NCBI GenBank assembly: GCA_963747235.1
Contig: CAVVEU010000014.1
Location: forward strand, 1-64,000
Reading direction: 5' to 3'
Source of the DNA: an uncultured Candidatus Rokubacteria bacterium
GTDB lineage: Bacteria > Methylomirabilota > Methylomirabilia > Rokubacteriales > CSP1-6
DNA: 64,000 bases
The number at the start of each line of letters is the position of its first letter. The first letter of the stretch is position 1. The notes below the pieces were generated by a model that was not told the origin of the DNA, ran no database searches, and worked only from the letters and a program-made list of their open reading frames with translations. The position numbers and the translations under genes were made by a program. Shown here in pieces: positions 13,980 to 28,522 of the stretch.

Positions 13980-14551
13980 GACCGTTGGCTCCTTCGCCTG
14001 GGATAGCGGAAACACGTCGTGATGTGGTCGTTCACCATGCCGGTGGCCTGCATGAACGCGTAGCAGATCGTGGGCCCGACGAAGCGGAACCCGCGCTTGA
14101 CGAGCGTCTTGCTCATCGCCCGCGACTCCGCGGTCTCGGCCGGGACCTGCGCGCCGGCCGCCCACGCGTTCTGGATCGGCTTGCCGCCCACGAACTGCCA
14201 CAGGTACTCCGCGAGGCTGCCGAACTCCTGCTGCACCCCCAGCACCTGGCGGGCATTGCCCACCGTCGCCTCGATCTTCAGCCGGTTGCGCACGATGCCC
14301 GCGTCGCGCATGAGCGCGGCCTGCCGGCGCGCGTCGAACCGGGCGACCTTGACCGGATCGAAGCCCGCGAAGGCCCTCCGGTAGTTCTCGCGCTTCTCAG
14401 AGATCGTGGACCAGGAGAGGCCGGCCTGGGCGCCCTCGAGCACGAGCATCTCGAAGAGGTGCTGATCGTCGTGGGACGGAACGCCCCACTCCGCGTCGTG
14501 GTAGGCGATCTCCAGCGGACCGCCACCGGCCCAGCCGCAACGGGTCGGCAT
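13976..14551 (-). CDS. tag: DNA-3-methyladenine glycosylase I
   Basis: RCGW, YHDAEWG, LEGAQAGLSW, GPTICYAFMQATGMVNDH. Confidence 0.96.
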   Translation of the reverse strand: MPTRCGWAGGGPLEIAYHDAEWGVPSHDDQHLFEMLVLEGAQAGLSWSTISEKRENYRRAFAGFDPVKVARFDARRQAALMRDAGIVRNRLKIEATVGNARQVLGVQQEFGSLAEYLWQFVGGKPIQNAWAAGAQVPAETAESRAMSKTLVKRGFRFVGPTICYAFMQATGMVNDHITTCFRYPRRRSQRS

Positions 14552-14558
14552 CGCGGCC

Positions 14559-15986
<1,428 letters not shown>

Positions 15987-15998
15987 GGCGCGAATCCT

Positions 15999-17080
15999 CT
16001 ATCGGGCGACGGGGAGGAAGCAGGAGACCGCGGTGCCGCGGCCGGGCTCGCTGGCGATCTGGATCGCGCCGCGATGCTCCTCGATGATCCGGTGGCAGAG
16101 GGCCAGGCCGAGGCCCAGGCCCTTGTCCTTGGTGGTGAAGAACGGGGTGAAGAGCCGGGCGCGGGCGGCCTCCGGGATGCCCTGGCCCTCGTCGAGCACC
16201 TGGATCTCGGCCATGCTGCGCTGGCCCTGCCCCAGGTCCACCTTGGCGAAGAGCGGGTTCATGCTGAGCCGCGTGACCAGGGTCAGACGCCCGCCCGCCG
16301 GCATCGCCTCGATCGCGTTGCGGACCAGGTTGTGGAAGACCTGCAGGATGCGGTCCTCGTCGGCCAGGATCGGCGGCAGGCTCGGGTCGTAGCGCCGCAC
16401 GATAGCCACCCCGCGCTGGGCCGCCATCTCCTCGGCCAGGAGCGCCACGCGCTCGAGAAGCTGGTGCAGGTTGAGCGGGACCAGACGCAGGGTGACCGGG
16501 CGGCTGATGTCGAGCAGCATCTCGATGATGCGGTTGACCCGGTCCACCTCCTTGAGCAGGACGTCGGTGTACTCGGCGAGGCGGGTGTCCTCGCCCATCT
16601 CGCGGGCCATGAGCTGCACCGCCCCGCGGATGGCTCCGAGCGGATTGCGGATCTCGTGGGCCAGCCCGATCGCCATCTGGCCCACCGCGGCCATCGTCTC
16701 ACCGCGCCGCACCTCCGACTCGAGCTGGTGCAGCCGGCTCATGTCGCGGATCACCGCCACCGCGGCTTCCACCCCTCCGCTCCGCACCGCCAGCGGCGCG
16801 GTGACCACGCTCACGTGCACGGGGCGGCCGTCGCCGCCCTCGATCACCGCCTCCGACTCCGATCGGCTCTCGCCGGTGGCCAGCGTGTCGGTCAGGTGCC
16901 GCACCAGTGAGGTCTCCGGCGGGAAGACTTCCTTGAGGGCGCGCCCGATGGTCCGCCGGGCGGACCGGCCCAGCAGCGATTCCGCGGCCGGGTTCCAGAG
17001 CATCACGCGCAGGGCATCGTCCACCCCCACCACCGCGTCGGGCAGCCCGGCGATGAGCGCTTCGTAGTCGAGGCGCGGGC

Positions 17081-17084
<4 letters not shown>
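15999..17084 (-). CDS. ntrB: NtrB-like PAS sensor histidine kinase
   Basis: PAS domain, AHEIRNPL, YDPSLP, NLVRNA, PFFTTK, GLGLGL; GTG start overlaps tsaD stop. Confidence 0.88.
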
Positions 17085-18082
<998 letters not shown>

Positions 18083-18092
18083 GTCGGCTCGA

Positions 18093-18965
18093 TTATCGCG
18101 CGAGTTGGGAGACCGGCACCAGCCGGAGTCCCCGCGCTTCCCACCGGGGCACGTATTCCTTCAAGAGCCTCACCGTCAGCGGATGGCCGTGGGCGACCAC
18201 GATCACCTCGCCCCGCCGCTCCGCCCAGCCCGCCACCTCGTCCCAGCGGGCCCGATCGCCCGCCTCCCCGCGCGCGTGGTCCACCAGGATCTGGCGGCGG
18301 GCCGCGCGCACCCCCGCGTCCCGCGCCTCGTCGAAGGCCACCGACTGGCTCGAGGTGTAAGCGTCGACCAGGAACAGGCGCCGCGCGGCCAGCACCTCGA
18401 GCACCGCGCGCATCCGCGGGCGATCCTCGGTGAGCCGCGAGCCCATGCGGTTCACCACCCCGACCGCGGACGCCACCGCCTCCAGATGACTGCCCACGAG
18501 CTGCTGGATCTCGCCCGGGGCCATGGACATCAGCAGCGCGCCCGGACCCGGGTCCACCTCCGGGAACCGGTACGGCTCCATCGGCAGCCCCAGCAGCACC
18601 TCCATGCCCGCGCGCGAGGCATCCCGCGCGATGGCGGCCGACAGCGGCAGCGCCGGCAGCACCGCGACCGTGAGCGGGCGCCGGATCTCGCGGAGGACGT
18701 CGAACACGTCACGGCGGCTGCCGAGGTCGTCCACGATGACGGCCACCCGGGGAGCCCCCGGGGGCAGCGGCACCGCCTCAGGGAGCGCGCGCGCGAGCGC
18801 GGTGGAGGCAGCGGGTGCCGTGGGCTTTCGGGCGGCACGGCCGAAGAGATCGGAGCCGAACAGGCTCGCCTCGCCGCCCCGCGCCTGCCACTGATCGAGG
18901 CCGACCACCGCGATGAGCAGCAGAATGATGATGCCGGCGAGAGCCTGCCACACTCTCGCCGGCAT
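18093..18965 (-). CDS. divergent polysaccharide deacetylase family (YibQ-like)
   Basis: VAVIVDDLG, LPMEP, VNRMGSRLT; usual position after ctpA. Confidence 0.85.
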   Translation of the reverse strand: MPARVWQALAGIIILLLIAVVGLDQWQARGGEASLFGSDLFGRAARKPTAPAASTALARALPEAVPLPPGAPRVAVIVDDLGSRRDVFDVLREIRRPLTVAVLPALPLSAAIARDASRAGMEVLLGLPMEPYRFPEVDPGPGALLMSMAPGEIQQLVGSHLEAVASAVGVVNRMGSRLTEDRPRMRAVLEVLAARRLFLVDAYTSSQSVAFDEARDAGVRAARRQILVDHARGEAGDRARWDEVAGWAERRGEVIVVAHGHPLTVRLLKEYVPRWEARGLRLVPVSQLAR

Positions 18966-18982
18966 CGGTTCCCTCCGACCGC

Positions 18983-20266
18983 CTAGCGGGTCTGGGCCTG
19001 GGGCCCAGCCGGTCCCGGCCGGCCCTTGTCCAGGATCTTCATGGCCTTCAGCAGGTCGAGCGCCCGCTGGAGCTGCGGATCACGCTTGAGCTGCTCCTGC
19101 GGCGTCTCCGACACCGGCGGGGTCGGCACCGGCGTCTCGACGCCGGGCACGGCCGCCGCCACCTTCGGGGCCTCCACGATGATGTCGGGAGTGATGCCCT
19201 TGCCGTGGATCGAGCGGCCCTTCGGCGTGAAGTACTTCGCGGTGGTCAGCCGCAGGCCCGAGCCATCCGAGAGCGGGATGATGGTCTGCACCGAGCCCTT
19301 GCCGAAGCTCTGGGTGCCGATCACCACCGCGCGGCCCCAGTCCTGGAGCGCGCCCGCCACGATCTCGGAGGCGGAGGCGCTGCCCTGGTTGACCAGCACC
19401 ACGATGGGGAAGTCGGTGAACACGCGCTTGGCGTTCGAGGAGAAGCGCATGTTCTGGTTGCGCACGCGGCCCTCGGTGTAGACCACGAGCTTGCCGGACT
19501 CCAGGAACTTCTCGGTCACCTCCACCGCGGAGGTGAGGAGGCCGCCCGGATTGTTGCGCAGGTCCAGCACGAGGCCCTGGATCTTGCCGTCCTTCACGTA
19601 CTTCTCGAGCGAGGTCTCCAGGTCGTTGGCGGTCTGCTCCTGGAACTGGCGCAGCTTGATGTACTCGATGCCCGGCTCGAGCTGATTGGCCCGGACCGAC
19701 TGGACGCGGATCTGCTCGCGGGTGATGAGGAAGTCCTTCGGCTCGTTCCAGCCCTCGCGCACGATCGAGATCGTGATCTTGCTGCCCGGCTTGCCCCGCA
19801 TGCGCTTGACCGCGTCGGAGAGCTGCATGTCCTTGGTCGAGAGCCCTTCGATCTTGAGGATGCGGTCACCGGGCTGGATCCCCGCGCGATAGGCCGGAGT
19901 GCCCTCGATGGGGGCCACCACGGTCAGCACGTCGTCCCGCAGCGTGATCTCGATGCCGAGCCCGCCGAAGCTCCCGCTCGTCTCGACCTGCATCTCCCGG
20001 TACATCTCGGGGTCGAGGAACGAGGAATGGGGGTCCAGCCCTCGAAGAGTCCCCTTGATCGCGTTGTAGATGATGTCCTTCGGCGCGACCTCGTCCACGT
20101 ACTGGCTCTGCACGATCGAGAGCACCTCGGTGAAGAGGCGCAGGTTCTCGTAGGTGGCCGCGGTGTCGTTGCCCTTGCTCGCCACCCCGCCGCCGAGGGA
20201 CAGGGTGAGGATGAGCAGCAGCGCGGAGATCATGACCACCTTCTTCATGTGCCGGATGGGCCGCAT
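18983..20266 (-). CDS. ctpA: carboxyl-terminal processing protease (S41)
   Basis: LDPHS, PDZ GLGIEI, DLRNNPGG, SASASEI, FGKGSVQ. Confidence 0.95.
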   Translation of the reverse strand: MRPIRHMKKVVMISALLLILTLSLGGGVASKGNDTAATYENLRLFTEVLSIVQSQYVDEVAPKDIIYNAIKGTLRGLDPHSSFLDPEMYREMQVETSGSFGGLGIEITLRDDVLTVVAPIEGTPAYRAGIQPGDRILKIEGLSTKDMQLSDAVKRMRGKPGSKITISIVREGWNEPKDFLITREQIRVQSVRANQLEPGIEYIKLRQFQEQTANDLETSLEKYVKDGKIQGLVLDLRNNPGGLLTSAVEVTEKFLESGKLVVYTEGRVRNQNMRFSSNAKRVFTDFPIVVLVNQGSASASEIVAGALQDWGRAVVIGTQSFGKGSVQTIIPLSDGSGLRLTTAKYFTPKGRSIHGKGITPDIIVEAPKVAAAVPGVETPVPTPPVSETPQEQLKRDPQLQRALDLLKAMKILDKGRPGPAGPQAQTR

Positions 20267-20291
20267 CGTGTACTCCTCCGTGTGTGCTGGT

Positions 20292-21532
20292 CTAGCTTCG
20301 TGGCCTGAGCCACTGCGTGGGATCTTGCGGCTTCCCTTCGTGCCGCACTTCGAAATACAGGCGCGGCCCCTGCAGCGAGCCGGTGTCGCCGACCGTCCCG
20401 ATGATCTGCCCCTGCTTCACCTCGTCACCCTCGGTGACCCGGATGTCGGCGGCGTGCGCGTAGACCGTGTAGTACTCGCCGCCGTGATCCACGATGATCA
20501 GGTTGCCATAGCCCCGGAACCAGCCGGTGTAGACGACCTGGCCGGGGAACACCGCCGCGATGTTCGAGCCTTCATTGGCCTCGATGTCGATCCCGTTGCG
20601 GAACGTCTTCGTTCCGAAGCGCGGATTGACCTGCGGGCCATACTCGGCGACGACCCGGCCGTCCGCCGGCCAGGACAGCCGCCCGCGCAGGCCCGCGAAC
20701 CCCGGACCCGGGCTCGCGTCGCCCGGCGCCGGCCGCGCGGGCCGACTCGGCGGCGGCACCTTCGCCACCGCCCGCCGCTGCTTCTCCTGCAGGTCGCGGA
20801 TGAAGGCCTCGAGCCGGCGGGTGGCCTCGGACAGCTCGCCGACCATCCGGTCGTGGTAGGCGCGCTCGCCCTGCACCTTTGCGAGGAGCGCGCGCCGCTT
20901 CGCCGCTTCCTGATCGAACTCGGCGCGCTCCTGATCCGCCTCGGTGCGGAGCGACGCCATCTCCCGTCCGCGTGCTTCGACCCGGCTCTTCCGGTCCGCC
21001 AGCACCTCGGAGGTCACACGATACTCTCGAATCAGGCGGGCGTCCACCGAGGCCAGGGTGGTCAGGTGCCGGAGCTGCACCGCCTGCTCCACCGGGTCCG
21101 CGCCCGAGAGCACGATCGGCAGCACGCCGCCCTGGGCCTGCAGCTTGTAGAGCGCGCGCAGGCGCCGACCCAGCACGTCTTCCTGCCCGGAGCGCCGCGA
21201 CTGCAGCCGCCCGATCTCGCCCTGCAGCTCGCCGATGTCGGACTGGGCCCGCTTGAGCCGCCCGTCCAGGGCCACGACCTGCTGGCGCTTGTCGCTGAGT
21301 CGCCGATCGATGCCTTCGAGCTCGCTCAGCACGCCCGCCTCGCGCTTGCGCGCGTCGGCCGCCTTCTGGCGCTCCTCGAAGAGGCGCTTCTGCGTCTGCT
21401 GCAGGTCCTGCTGCTTGTCGCCGATCTCGGCGCTCTCGCGCTTCGGGACCTGGGCCAGGGCCCCCGGAGCAACCGGGGCGAGCACCGCCGGGACGACCGC
21501 CAGGATCAGACCGAGCCGCCAGGCCGTCTCAT
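20292..21532 (-). CDS. envC: murein hydrolase activator EnvC (coiled coil + M23); 5' frameshift
   Basis: Coiled coil, GIDI, GYGNLIIVDHG, LYFEVR; ATG at 21532 overlaps ftsX stop, signal peptide split by an indel. Confidence 0.88.
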
Positions 21533-22413
21533 ACCTGGGCCCGCCCGCGCGCCAGCAGCCCGCCCAGCGCCCCCAGCATGGTCCCCGCGCCGATGAGCGC
21601 GAGCGCCTGCAGCGGCGAGAGGAACGTCACCCGCTCGAGGCCCAGCGTCATCGGCAGCAGCGGCTCGAGGCGCGGCACCGCGAGCGCGTAGGCGATCTCG
21701 AGCGCGGCGAGCGCCATGATCGCGGCGACCAGGCCCTGGGCCATGCCCTGCAGCAGCCGCGGCGCGCGGATCACGTTCTCGGTGGCGCCCACCAGCCGCA
21801 TGATCTCCATCTCGTCCCGGCGGAGATGCAGCACCAAGGTGGTCGCGGTGGTCACGGTGAGGATCGCGGCGACCGCCAGCACCGCGCCGATCACGAGGCC
21901 GACGCCCTGGAAGAGGCGGCGGAACTGCGCGAGCCCGTCCACCCACTGGCTGCCGCCCTGCACTTCCTCCACTTCCGGCAGCGTGACGAGACGGCCCACC
22001 AGCGCGCGGGTGCCCTCCGGCGTCGCGATGGCCGCGTCGGGCGTCACCTCGACGGAGGCGGGAAGCGGATTGCGCGGAAGCTGCTCCGCGACGTCGGCCT
22101 GGCTGCCCAGCGAGCGCTTCAGCACGCGCAGCGCCTCCGCCTTGGAGACGTAGCGCAGCCGCTGGATGCCCCCCACCGCCTCGATGCGCTGCAGGAGATC
22201 GTCGAGCTTGGCGGCCACCGGCTCGTCTTTCAGGTACACGATGACGCGCACCCGGTCGCCCCACTGATCGATGGCCCGGCCCAGGTTGAGCGAGAGCAAC
22301 CAGAAGCCGCCCAGGGCGGTGAGCGAGAGCGCGATGAGCAGGATCGCGGCCAGGCCGATGCGGCCGGCGCGCCGCAGATCGCGCATCGCCTCGTTCATGA
22401 CGAAGCTGAACAC
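21529..22413 (-). CDS. ftsX: cell division permease FtsX
   Basis: NPLPAS, RRDEMEIMRLVGAT; follows ftsE. Confidence 0.92.
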   Translation of the reverse strand: MFSFVMNEAMRDLRRAGRIGLAAILLIALSLTALGGFWLLSLNLGRAIDQWGDRVRVIVYLKDEPVAAKLDDLLQRIEAVGGIQRLRYVSKAEALRVLKRSLGSQADVAEQLPRNPLPASVEVTPDAAIATPEGTRALVGRLVTLPEVEEVQGGSQWVDGLAQFRRLFQGVGLVIGAVLAVAAILTVTTATTLVLHLRRDEMEIMRLVGATENVIRAPRLLQGMAQGLVAAIMALAALEIAYALAVPRLEPLLPMTLGLERVTFLSPLQALALIGAGTMLGALGGLLARGRAQV

Positions 22414-23085
22414 TTATCCTTCGTCCTTCACGAGCCGGCCACCTTCGAGCTTCAGGGTGCGGCGCTTGAGCTGGGGCACGAGGCGGGCCTGGTGCGTCGC
22501 GAAGAGCACGGTGGTGCCGCGGCTCCAGATGTCCTTCACCAGCGCCAGGATCTCGTTGGCCATCTCGTCGTCCAGGTTGCCGGTGGGCTCGTCGGCCAGG
22601 AGCAGCCCCGGCGACTTGACGATGGCCCGGGCCAGCGAGGCCCGCTGCGCCTCCCCCTGGGAGAGCTGGTGCGGGAAAGCCTGGGCCCGCGCGGAGAGCC
22701 CCACCGCCTTGAGCGCGGCGAAGGCCTTGGGCGTGATGTCGCGGCGGGCCGTCCCCAGCACGCGGAGCACGAAGGCCACGTTCTCGAAGACGGTGCGCCC
22801 GGCCAGGAGCTTCGAGTCCTGGAACACGATGCCGATGGACCGCCGCAGGCGCGGGATCTCGGAGCGGCGGAGGGCGGCGACGTCGAACCCGGCCACGTCA
22901 ATATCGCCTTCGGAGGGCATTTCGGCCGCGTAGAGGAGCCGGAGCAGGGTAGTCTTGCCCGCGCCGCTGGCGCCGCTCAGGACGACGAACTCCCCCTTGG
23001 CGACATGGAAGGACACGTCATTGAGGGCGGCCACACGAGAGGGGCCGGCACCGAAGACCATCGACACGTGCTGCAGCCGAATCAT
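22414..23085 (-). CDS. ftsE: cell division ATP-binding protein FtsE
   Basis: GASGAGKT, IGIVFQD, ADEPTGNLD; start may be TTG at 23094. Confidence 0.92.
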   Translation of the reverse strand: MIRLQHVSMVFGAGPSRVAALNDVSFHVAKGEFVVLSGASGAGKTTLLRLLYAAEMPSEGDIDVAGFDVAALRRSEIPRLRRSIGIVFQDSKLLAGRTVFENVAFVLRVLGTARRDITPKAFAALKAVGLSARAQAFPHQLSQGEAQRASLARAIVKSPGLLLADEPTGNLDDEMANEILALVKDIWSRGTTVLFATHQARLVPQLKRRTLKLEGGRLVKDEG

Positions 23086-23108
23086 GGGCTGCAAACCATT
23101 CTATCTAA

Positions 23109-24569
23109 CTATTGGACCTTTCGTATTTTTTCCTCCAACAACCGGTTCACCACGGCCGGATTGGCCTTCCCCTGGGTGGATTTCATCACCTGGCCCACCA
23201 GAAAGCCCAGCGCGGCCTTCTTTCCGGCCCGAAAATCGTCCACCACCTTGGCGTGCTCGCCCAGCACCCGGTCCACCGCGGCCCCCAGGGCACCCTCGTC
23301 GGCCACCTGGGTGAGCCCCTCGCGACTCACGATCGCCTGCGCCGTGTCGCCCGAGCGGTACATCTTCTCGAACACGTCCTTGGCGATCTTGCCGCTGATG
23401 GTGCCGTCGTCCATCAGGGCCAGGAGCCCGACCAGATTGGCGGGCGGGATCGGGCAGGCCGCCACCGCGCGATCGTCGTCCGCGGGCAGCTCGCGCAGGA
23501 GCTCGTTGAGCACCCAGTTGGCCACCGCCTTGGGCTTGCCGGCGCCACGGATGGCCTCCTCGAAGTAGTCCGCGAGGCCGCGGCCCTGGGTCAGGAGGTC
23601 GGCCTCGTAGGGGGAGAGCGCGTAGGCGCTCTGGAAGCGCACCCGGCGGGCCGCCGGCAGCTCGGGGAGCCGCGCGCGCACCTCGTCCACCCAGCCCGCG
23701 CGCAGGTCCAGCGGCGGCAGGTCGGGCTCGGGGAAATACCGGTAGTCGTGCGCGAACTCCTTCGAGCGCATCGACACCGTGATGGCCCGATCGGGATCCC
23801 AGAGCCGCGTCTCCTGGACGATGCGCTCCCCGGTCTCCAGCGCGCGCGCCTGCCGCCGCATCTCGTACTCGAGCGCGTCGCGCACGTTCCGGAACGAGTT
23901 CATGTTCTTGATCTCGACCTTGGTGCCGTACTCGACCTGGCCGTGCGGGCGGAGCGAGATGTTGGCGTCGCAGCGGAGCGAGCCCTCCTCCATGTTGCCG
24001 TCGCACACGCGCAGGTAGATCAGGATCGCGCGCAGCGTCTTCAGGTAGGCGGCGGCCTCCTCCGGGCTCTGGAGGTCGGGCTTGGAGACGATCTCCATCA
24101 ACGGCACTCCGGCCCGGTTGAAGTCCACGCTGCTCGAGGGCGCGGTCTCGAGCGCGCCCTCGTGGACGAGCTTGCCCACGTCCTCCTCGAGGTGCACGCG
24201 CTGGATCCCGATCTCGCGCGGCCCGCCGCCCGCGTCCACCGCGAGGCGCCCGTGCTCGGCGAGCGGCTCCTCGTACTGGCTGATCTGGTAGTTCTTCGGC
24301 ATGTCGGGGTAGTAGTAGTGCTTGCGCGCGAAGCGGTTCAGGCCGTTCACCCCGCAGCCGAGCGCCAGGGCGGTCATCGTGCCGAACTCGATGGCGCGCC
24401 GGTTGATCACCGGGAGCGAGCCGGGCAGTCCCAGGCAGACCGGACAGGTCTGGGTGTTCGGCGCCTCCCCGAAGGTGGCCCGGCAGCCGCAGAACATCTT
24501 GGTCACGGTCGCGAGCTGCGCGTGGACCTCGAGGCCGATGACTGTTTCGTAGCGCGGGGTCTCGCTCAT
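23109..24569 (-). CDS. gatB: Asp/Glu-tRNA amidotransferase subunit B
   Basis: [38 protein letters not shown]. Confidence 0.97.
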   Translation of the reverse strand: MSETPRYETVIGLEVHAQLATVTKMFCGCRATFGEAPNTQTCPVCLGLPGSLPVINRRAIEFGTMTALALGCGVNGLNRFARKHYYYPDMPKNYQISQYEEPLAEHGRLAVDAGGGPREIGIQRVHLEEDVGKLVHEGALETAPSSSVDFNRAGVPLMEIVSKPDLQSPEEAAAYLKTLRAILIYLRVCDGNMEEGSLRCDANISLRPHGQVEYGTKVEIKNMNSFRNVRDALEYEMRRQARALETGERIVQETRLWDPDRAITVSMRSKEFAHDYRYFPEPDLPPLDLRAGWVDEVRARLPELPAARRVRFQSAYALSPYEADLLTQGRGLADYFEEAIRGAGKPKAVANWVLNELLRELPADDDRAVAACPIPPANLVGLLALMDDGTISGKIAKDVFEKMYRSGDTAQAIVSREGLTQVADEGALGAAVDRVLGEHAKVVDDFRAGKKAALGFLVGQVMKSTQGKANPAVVNRLLEEKIRKVQ

Positions 24570-26022
24570 AGCGTGGGCTTGCGGGTGTGCCAGGTGGTGG
24601 CCTGCTGGTAGGCGTGGGCCGCGCGGAACAGCGTCGCCTCGTCGAAGGCCCGGCCGATGAGCTGCAGCCCGATCGGCAGGCCGGTCTGGGTGAAGCCGCC
24701 CGGGATCGACACGCCCGGGCAGCCCCGCGAGGTTCACCGGGATCGTGAAGATGTCGTTCAGGTACATCTGCAGCGGGTCTTCCTTCTCGCCCATCTTGAA
24801 CGCCACGCCGGGGGTGGTGGGCGCCACGATCATGTCCACGCGCGCGAAGGCCTGCTCGAAGTCGCGCCGCACCAGGGTCCGGACCTTCTGGGCCTGGCCA
24901 TAGTAGGCGTCGTAGTAGCCGGCGGAGAGCACGTAGGTCCCCAGCATCAGCCGGCGCTTGACCTCGTTGCCGAAGCCGGCCGCGCGGGTCTTGCTGTACA
25001 TGTCGATCAGGTCGCGCGCGCCGGGCGCCCGCAGGCCGTACTTCACGCCGTCGTAGCGCGCGAGGTTCGACGACGCCTCCGCGGGCGCGATGACGTAGTA
25101 GGCCGCGAGCCCGTACTCGGTGTGCGGGAGCGAGACCGGCTCGGTGCGGGCGCCCAGCTTCTCCAGCGCGGCGATGGCCTCGCGCACCGCGTGCTCCACC
25201 TCGGGATCCATCCCGTCGATGAAGTACTCCGCCGGAACCCCGATCTTCATGCCCGTCGATCCCCTGTCCGAGCGCGGCCCGGTAGTCGGGCACCGGCACG
25301 TCCACCGCGGTCGAGTCCATCGGATCGGCGCCCGCGATGGTCCCGAGCAGCACCGCCGCGTCCTCCACGTCCTTGGCGAAGGGGCCGACCTGGTCGAGCG
25401 AGGACGCGAACGCGATGACCCCGTAGCGCGACACGCGCCCGTAGGTGGGCTTCATGCCGAGCACGCCGCAGAAGGCGGCGGGCTGGCGGATCGAGCCGCC
25501 GGTGTCCGTGCCGAGGCTGAGCGCGGCGAGATCGGCCGCCACCACCGCGGAGGCGCCGCCCGAGGAGCCGCCCGGCACGCGGGCCAGGTCCCACGGGTTG
25601 CGCGTGGTGCCGAAGGCGGAGTGCTCGGTGGACGAGCCCATCGCGAACTCGTCCATGTTGAGCTTGCCGAGCAGGATCGCCCCCGCCGCGTTGAGCCGCG
25701 CGACCACCGTCGCGTCGTACGGCGGCACGAAGCGGTCGAGGATCTTCGACCCGCTGGTGGTGCGGATGCCGGTCGTGCAGAAGAGATCCTTGAGCGCGAC
25801 CGGCACGCCGTCCAGCGGCCCCCGCGGGGCGCCCGCCTTGAAGCGGGCGTCGGATAGGGCGGCCCGGCGCAGCGCGTCCTCCCGGGTGACGGTCAGGAAG
25901 GCCCGCACCTGCGGATCGAGGCGCTCGATCCGGGCCAGGTACTCGGTGGTGGCCTGCGTGGGTGTGGCGGCGCCGCTCCGGTAGCGGGCCGCCAGCTCGT
26001 GCGCGGTCAGCGACGCCAGCAT
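24566..26022 (-). CDS. gatA: Asp/Glu-tRNA amidotransferase subunit A (two apparent indels near 25253 and 24713)
   Basis: [42 protein letters not shown] spread over shifted frames. Confidence 0.93.
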
Positions 26023-26029
26023 GCGGCCG

Positions 26030-26335
26030 CTACTCCTCGATGATCTTGGGGACGCGGAACAGGTCGCCCTGCCGGTCCGGCGCGTTGGCGAGCGCGTCGG
26101 ACTGGGGCAGCGACGGATACGGCACGTCGTCCCGCATCACGTTGGTGACGGGCACCGCGTGCGAGGTGGGCTCGACGCCCGTGGTGTCCAGCGCGCGGAG
26201 CTTGTCGATGTACGTCAGGATGCCGTCGAGCTCGCGGCCCATCCGCTCCTTCTCGGCCGCCGACAGGTCGAGCCGGGCGAGCCGCGCCACGTGCTCGACG
26301 TCCTTCGGCGAGATCTTCGGGCCGGGGCCGGCCAT
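26030..26335 (-). CDS. gatC: Asp/Glu-tRNA amidotransferase subunit C
   Basis: [32 protein letters not shown]. Confidence 0.95.
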   Translation of the reverse strand: MAGPGPKISPKDVEHVARLARLDLSAAEKERMGRELDGILTYIDKLRALDTTGVEPTSHAVPVTNVMRDDVPYPSLPQSDALANAPDRQGDLFRVPKIIEE

Positions 26336-26337
26336 CG

Positions 26338-28522
26338 CTAGATCTCCTCCAGGTGGGCGTACTGGAGCGACAGACGCTTGCGCCCCACGCTGGCGAAGTG
26401 CACGGTGGCGATCACGTCGGCGCCCTCGCGCTGGATGCCCACCAGCAGCCCCTCGCCCCAGCGCGCGTGGCGCAGCTTGGCGCCCAGCCGGAACGGGAAA
26501 TCCTCGTCGGGCTCGGGCTCGGAGACGCCGGCCGGCGGCACGTGCACCGGCTCGGGCCGGCGCGCGTTGATCAGGTGGAGCTGGTCCTCCGGGATCTCGA
26601 GCAGGAAGCGCGAGGGCTCGGCGACCCCGTACCCCTGGATGCGGCGGTGCAGCGCGTAGGACAGCATCAGCCGCTCGCGGGCGCGCGTGATGCCGACGTA
26701 GCAGAGCCGCCGCTCCTCCTCGAGCTCCTCCGGCTCCTGCATCGACCGCGAGTGCGGGAACACCCCTTCCTCGAGACCGGTGAGGAAGACCACCGGGAAC
26801 TCGAGCCCCTTGGCCGAGTGCAGCGTCATCAGGGTCACGCCGCCCGCCTCCGCGTCGAGCTCGTCGGTGTCGGCCACCAGGGCGATCGAGTCGAGGAAGG
26901 CCTCGAGGGTCACCGGCGTCCGCGCCCGCGCGCGAGCTGGCTCGCGATGAGCTCCTCGGACGCGGCCACCAGCTCCTCCAGGTTCTCGAGCCGCGCCTCG
27001 GCCTCCGCGGTGCGCTCCGCCTTCAGCGCGTCGCGGTAGCCCGAGGCCGCGCACACCTCGTCGATCAGCGCGGGCACCGTGAAGCGCGGCGCGCCGCTCC
27101 CCGAGGCGCGCGATGAGGCGGGCGAACTCCTCGAGCGCGCGGCGCGGCTTGCCGGTGATGTCGCCGGGCAGGGTCGCGCAGGCCATCAGGAGCGGGACGC
27201 CCGCCGCGCGGGCCGCGTCGGCCAGGCGATCGAGCGTGGCCTTGCCGATCCCGCGCGCGGGCGCGGCCACCGCGCGGCGGAAGGCCACGTCGTCGAGCGG
27301 GTTCGAGATCAGGCGGAGGTAGGCCACCATGTCCCGGATCTCGCGTCGCTCGTAGAAGCGCACGCCGCCCACGATCAGGTACGGGATGCCCGCGCGGCGC
27401 AGCGCGTCTTCCAGGACGCGGGACTGCGCGTTGGTGCGGTAGAACACCGCGACGTCCCGGTACTCGCCGCCCCTCGCCGCGCAGGCCCCGGATCTTCTGG
27501 GCCACGAAGGCGGACTCCTCGTTCTCGTCCCACGCCCGGTAGACCTCCGCCCGCTCGCCCTCCCCGTTCTCGGTCCAGAGCCGCTTGTCCTTGCGCGCGG
27601 TGTTGTTGACGATCACCGCGGAGGCGATGTCGAGGATGCGCTTGGTGGAGCGGTAGTTCTGCTCGAGCGCCACCACCCGGCAGTCCGGGTAGTCCTTCTC
27701 GAAGTCGAGGATGTTGCGCAGGTCGGCGCCCCGCCAGCGGTACACCGACTGGTCGGGGTCGCCCACCACGCAGAGGTTCCGGTGCTCCTCGGTGAGGAGC
27801 TGCACGATGCGGTACTGCGCGCGGTTGGTGTCCTGGTACTCGTCCACCAGCACGTGCGACCACACGGTGCGATACCAGCGCAGCGCCTCGGGCTGAGTCT
27901 CGAGCAGCCGCACCACGCGGAGCAGCAGGTCGTCGAAGTCGAGCGCGCCCGCGGCCTGGAGCTTCTCCTCGTAGAGCCGGTAGAGCGAGGCGAGGCGTTC
28001 TTCACGGGGGGTGCGCGCGGCCTGCTCCACGTCCGCGGGCGACAGCATCTGGTTCTTGCAGTGGCTGATGCGGTGCACCACCGTGCTGGGCGTCAGCGTG
28101 CGCTCGTCGAAGTCGAGCTCGCGCAGCGCCTCCTTCACCAGGCTCTGCCGGTCGTCCTCGTCGTAGATCACGAAGGACGGCGGGAGCCCGGCCTGGGCCG
28201 CGCGCTGACGCAGGATGCGCACGCACGCCGAGTGGAAGGTGGCGATGAGCGGCGGGCGGATCCCCGCGGGCAGCAGCAGGGCCTCGACCCGATGGCGCAT
28301 CTCGGCGGCGGCCTTGTTGGTGAAGGTGACCGCGAGCACGTGCCGCGGGTCGATGCCCTCCACCGCCAGGAGATAGGCGATGCGGTGGGCGATGACCCGG
28401 GTCTTGCCGCTCCCCGCCCCGGCCAGGACGAGCACCGGGCCCTTCGTGGTGGTGACCGCGTCGCGCTGCGGCGGGTTCAGGGGGGCCAGGAGACTGTCCG
28501 CGGTCACTACGGGGTGCGACAT
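26338..28522 (-). CDS. pcrA: ATP-dependent DNA helicase PcrA/UvrD (several apparent indels)
   Basis: LAGAGSGKT, TFTNKAA, VDEYQD, LEQNYRST, YRTNAQSR, MTLHSAKGLEF, EERRLCYVGITRA, Tudor-like C-terminus. Confidence 0.93.
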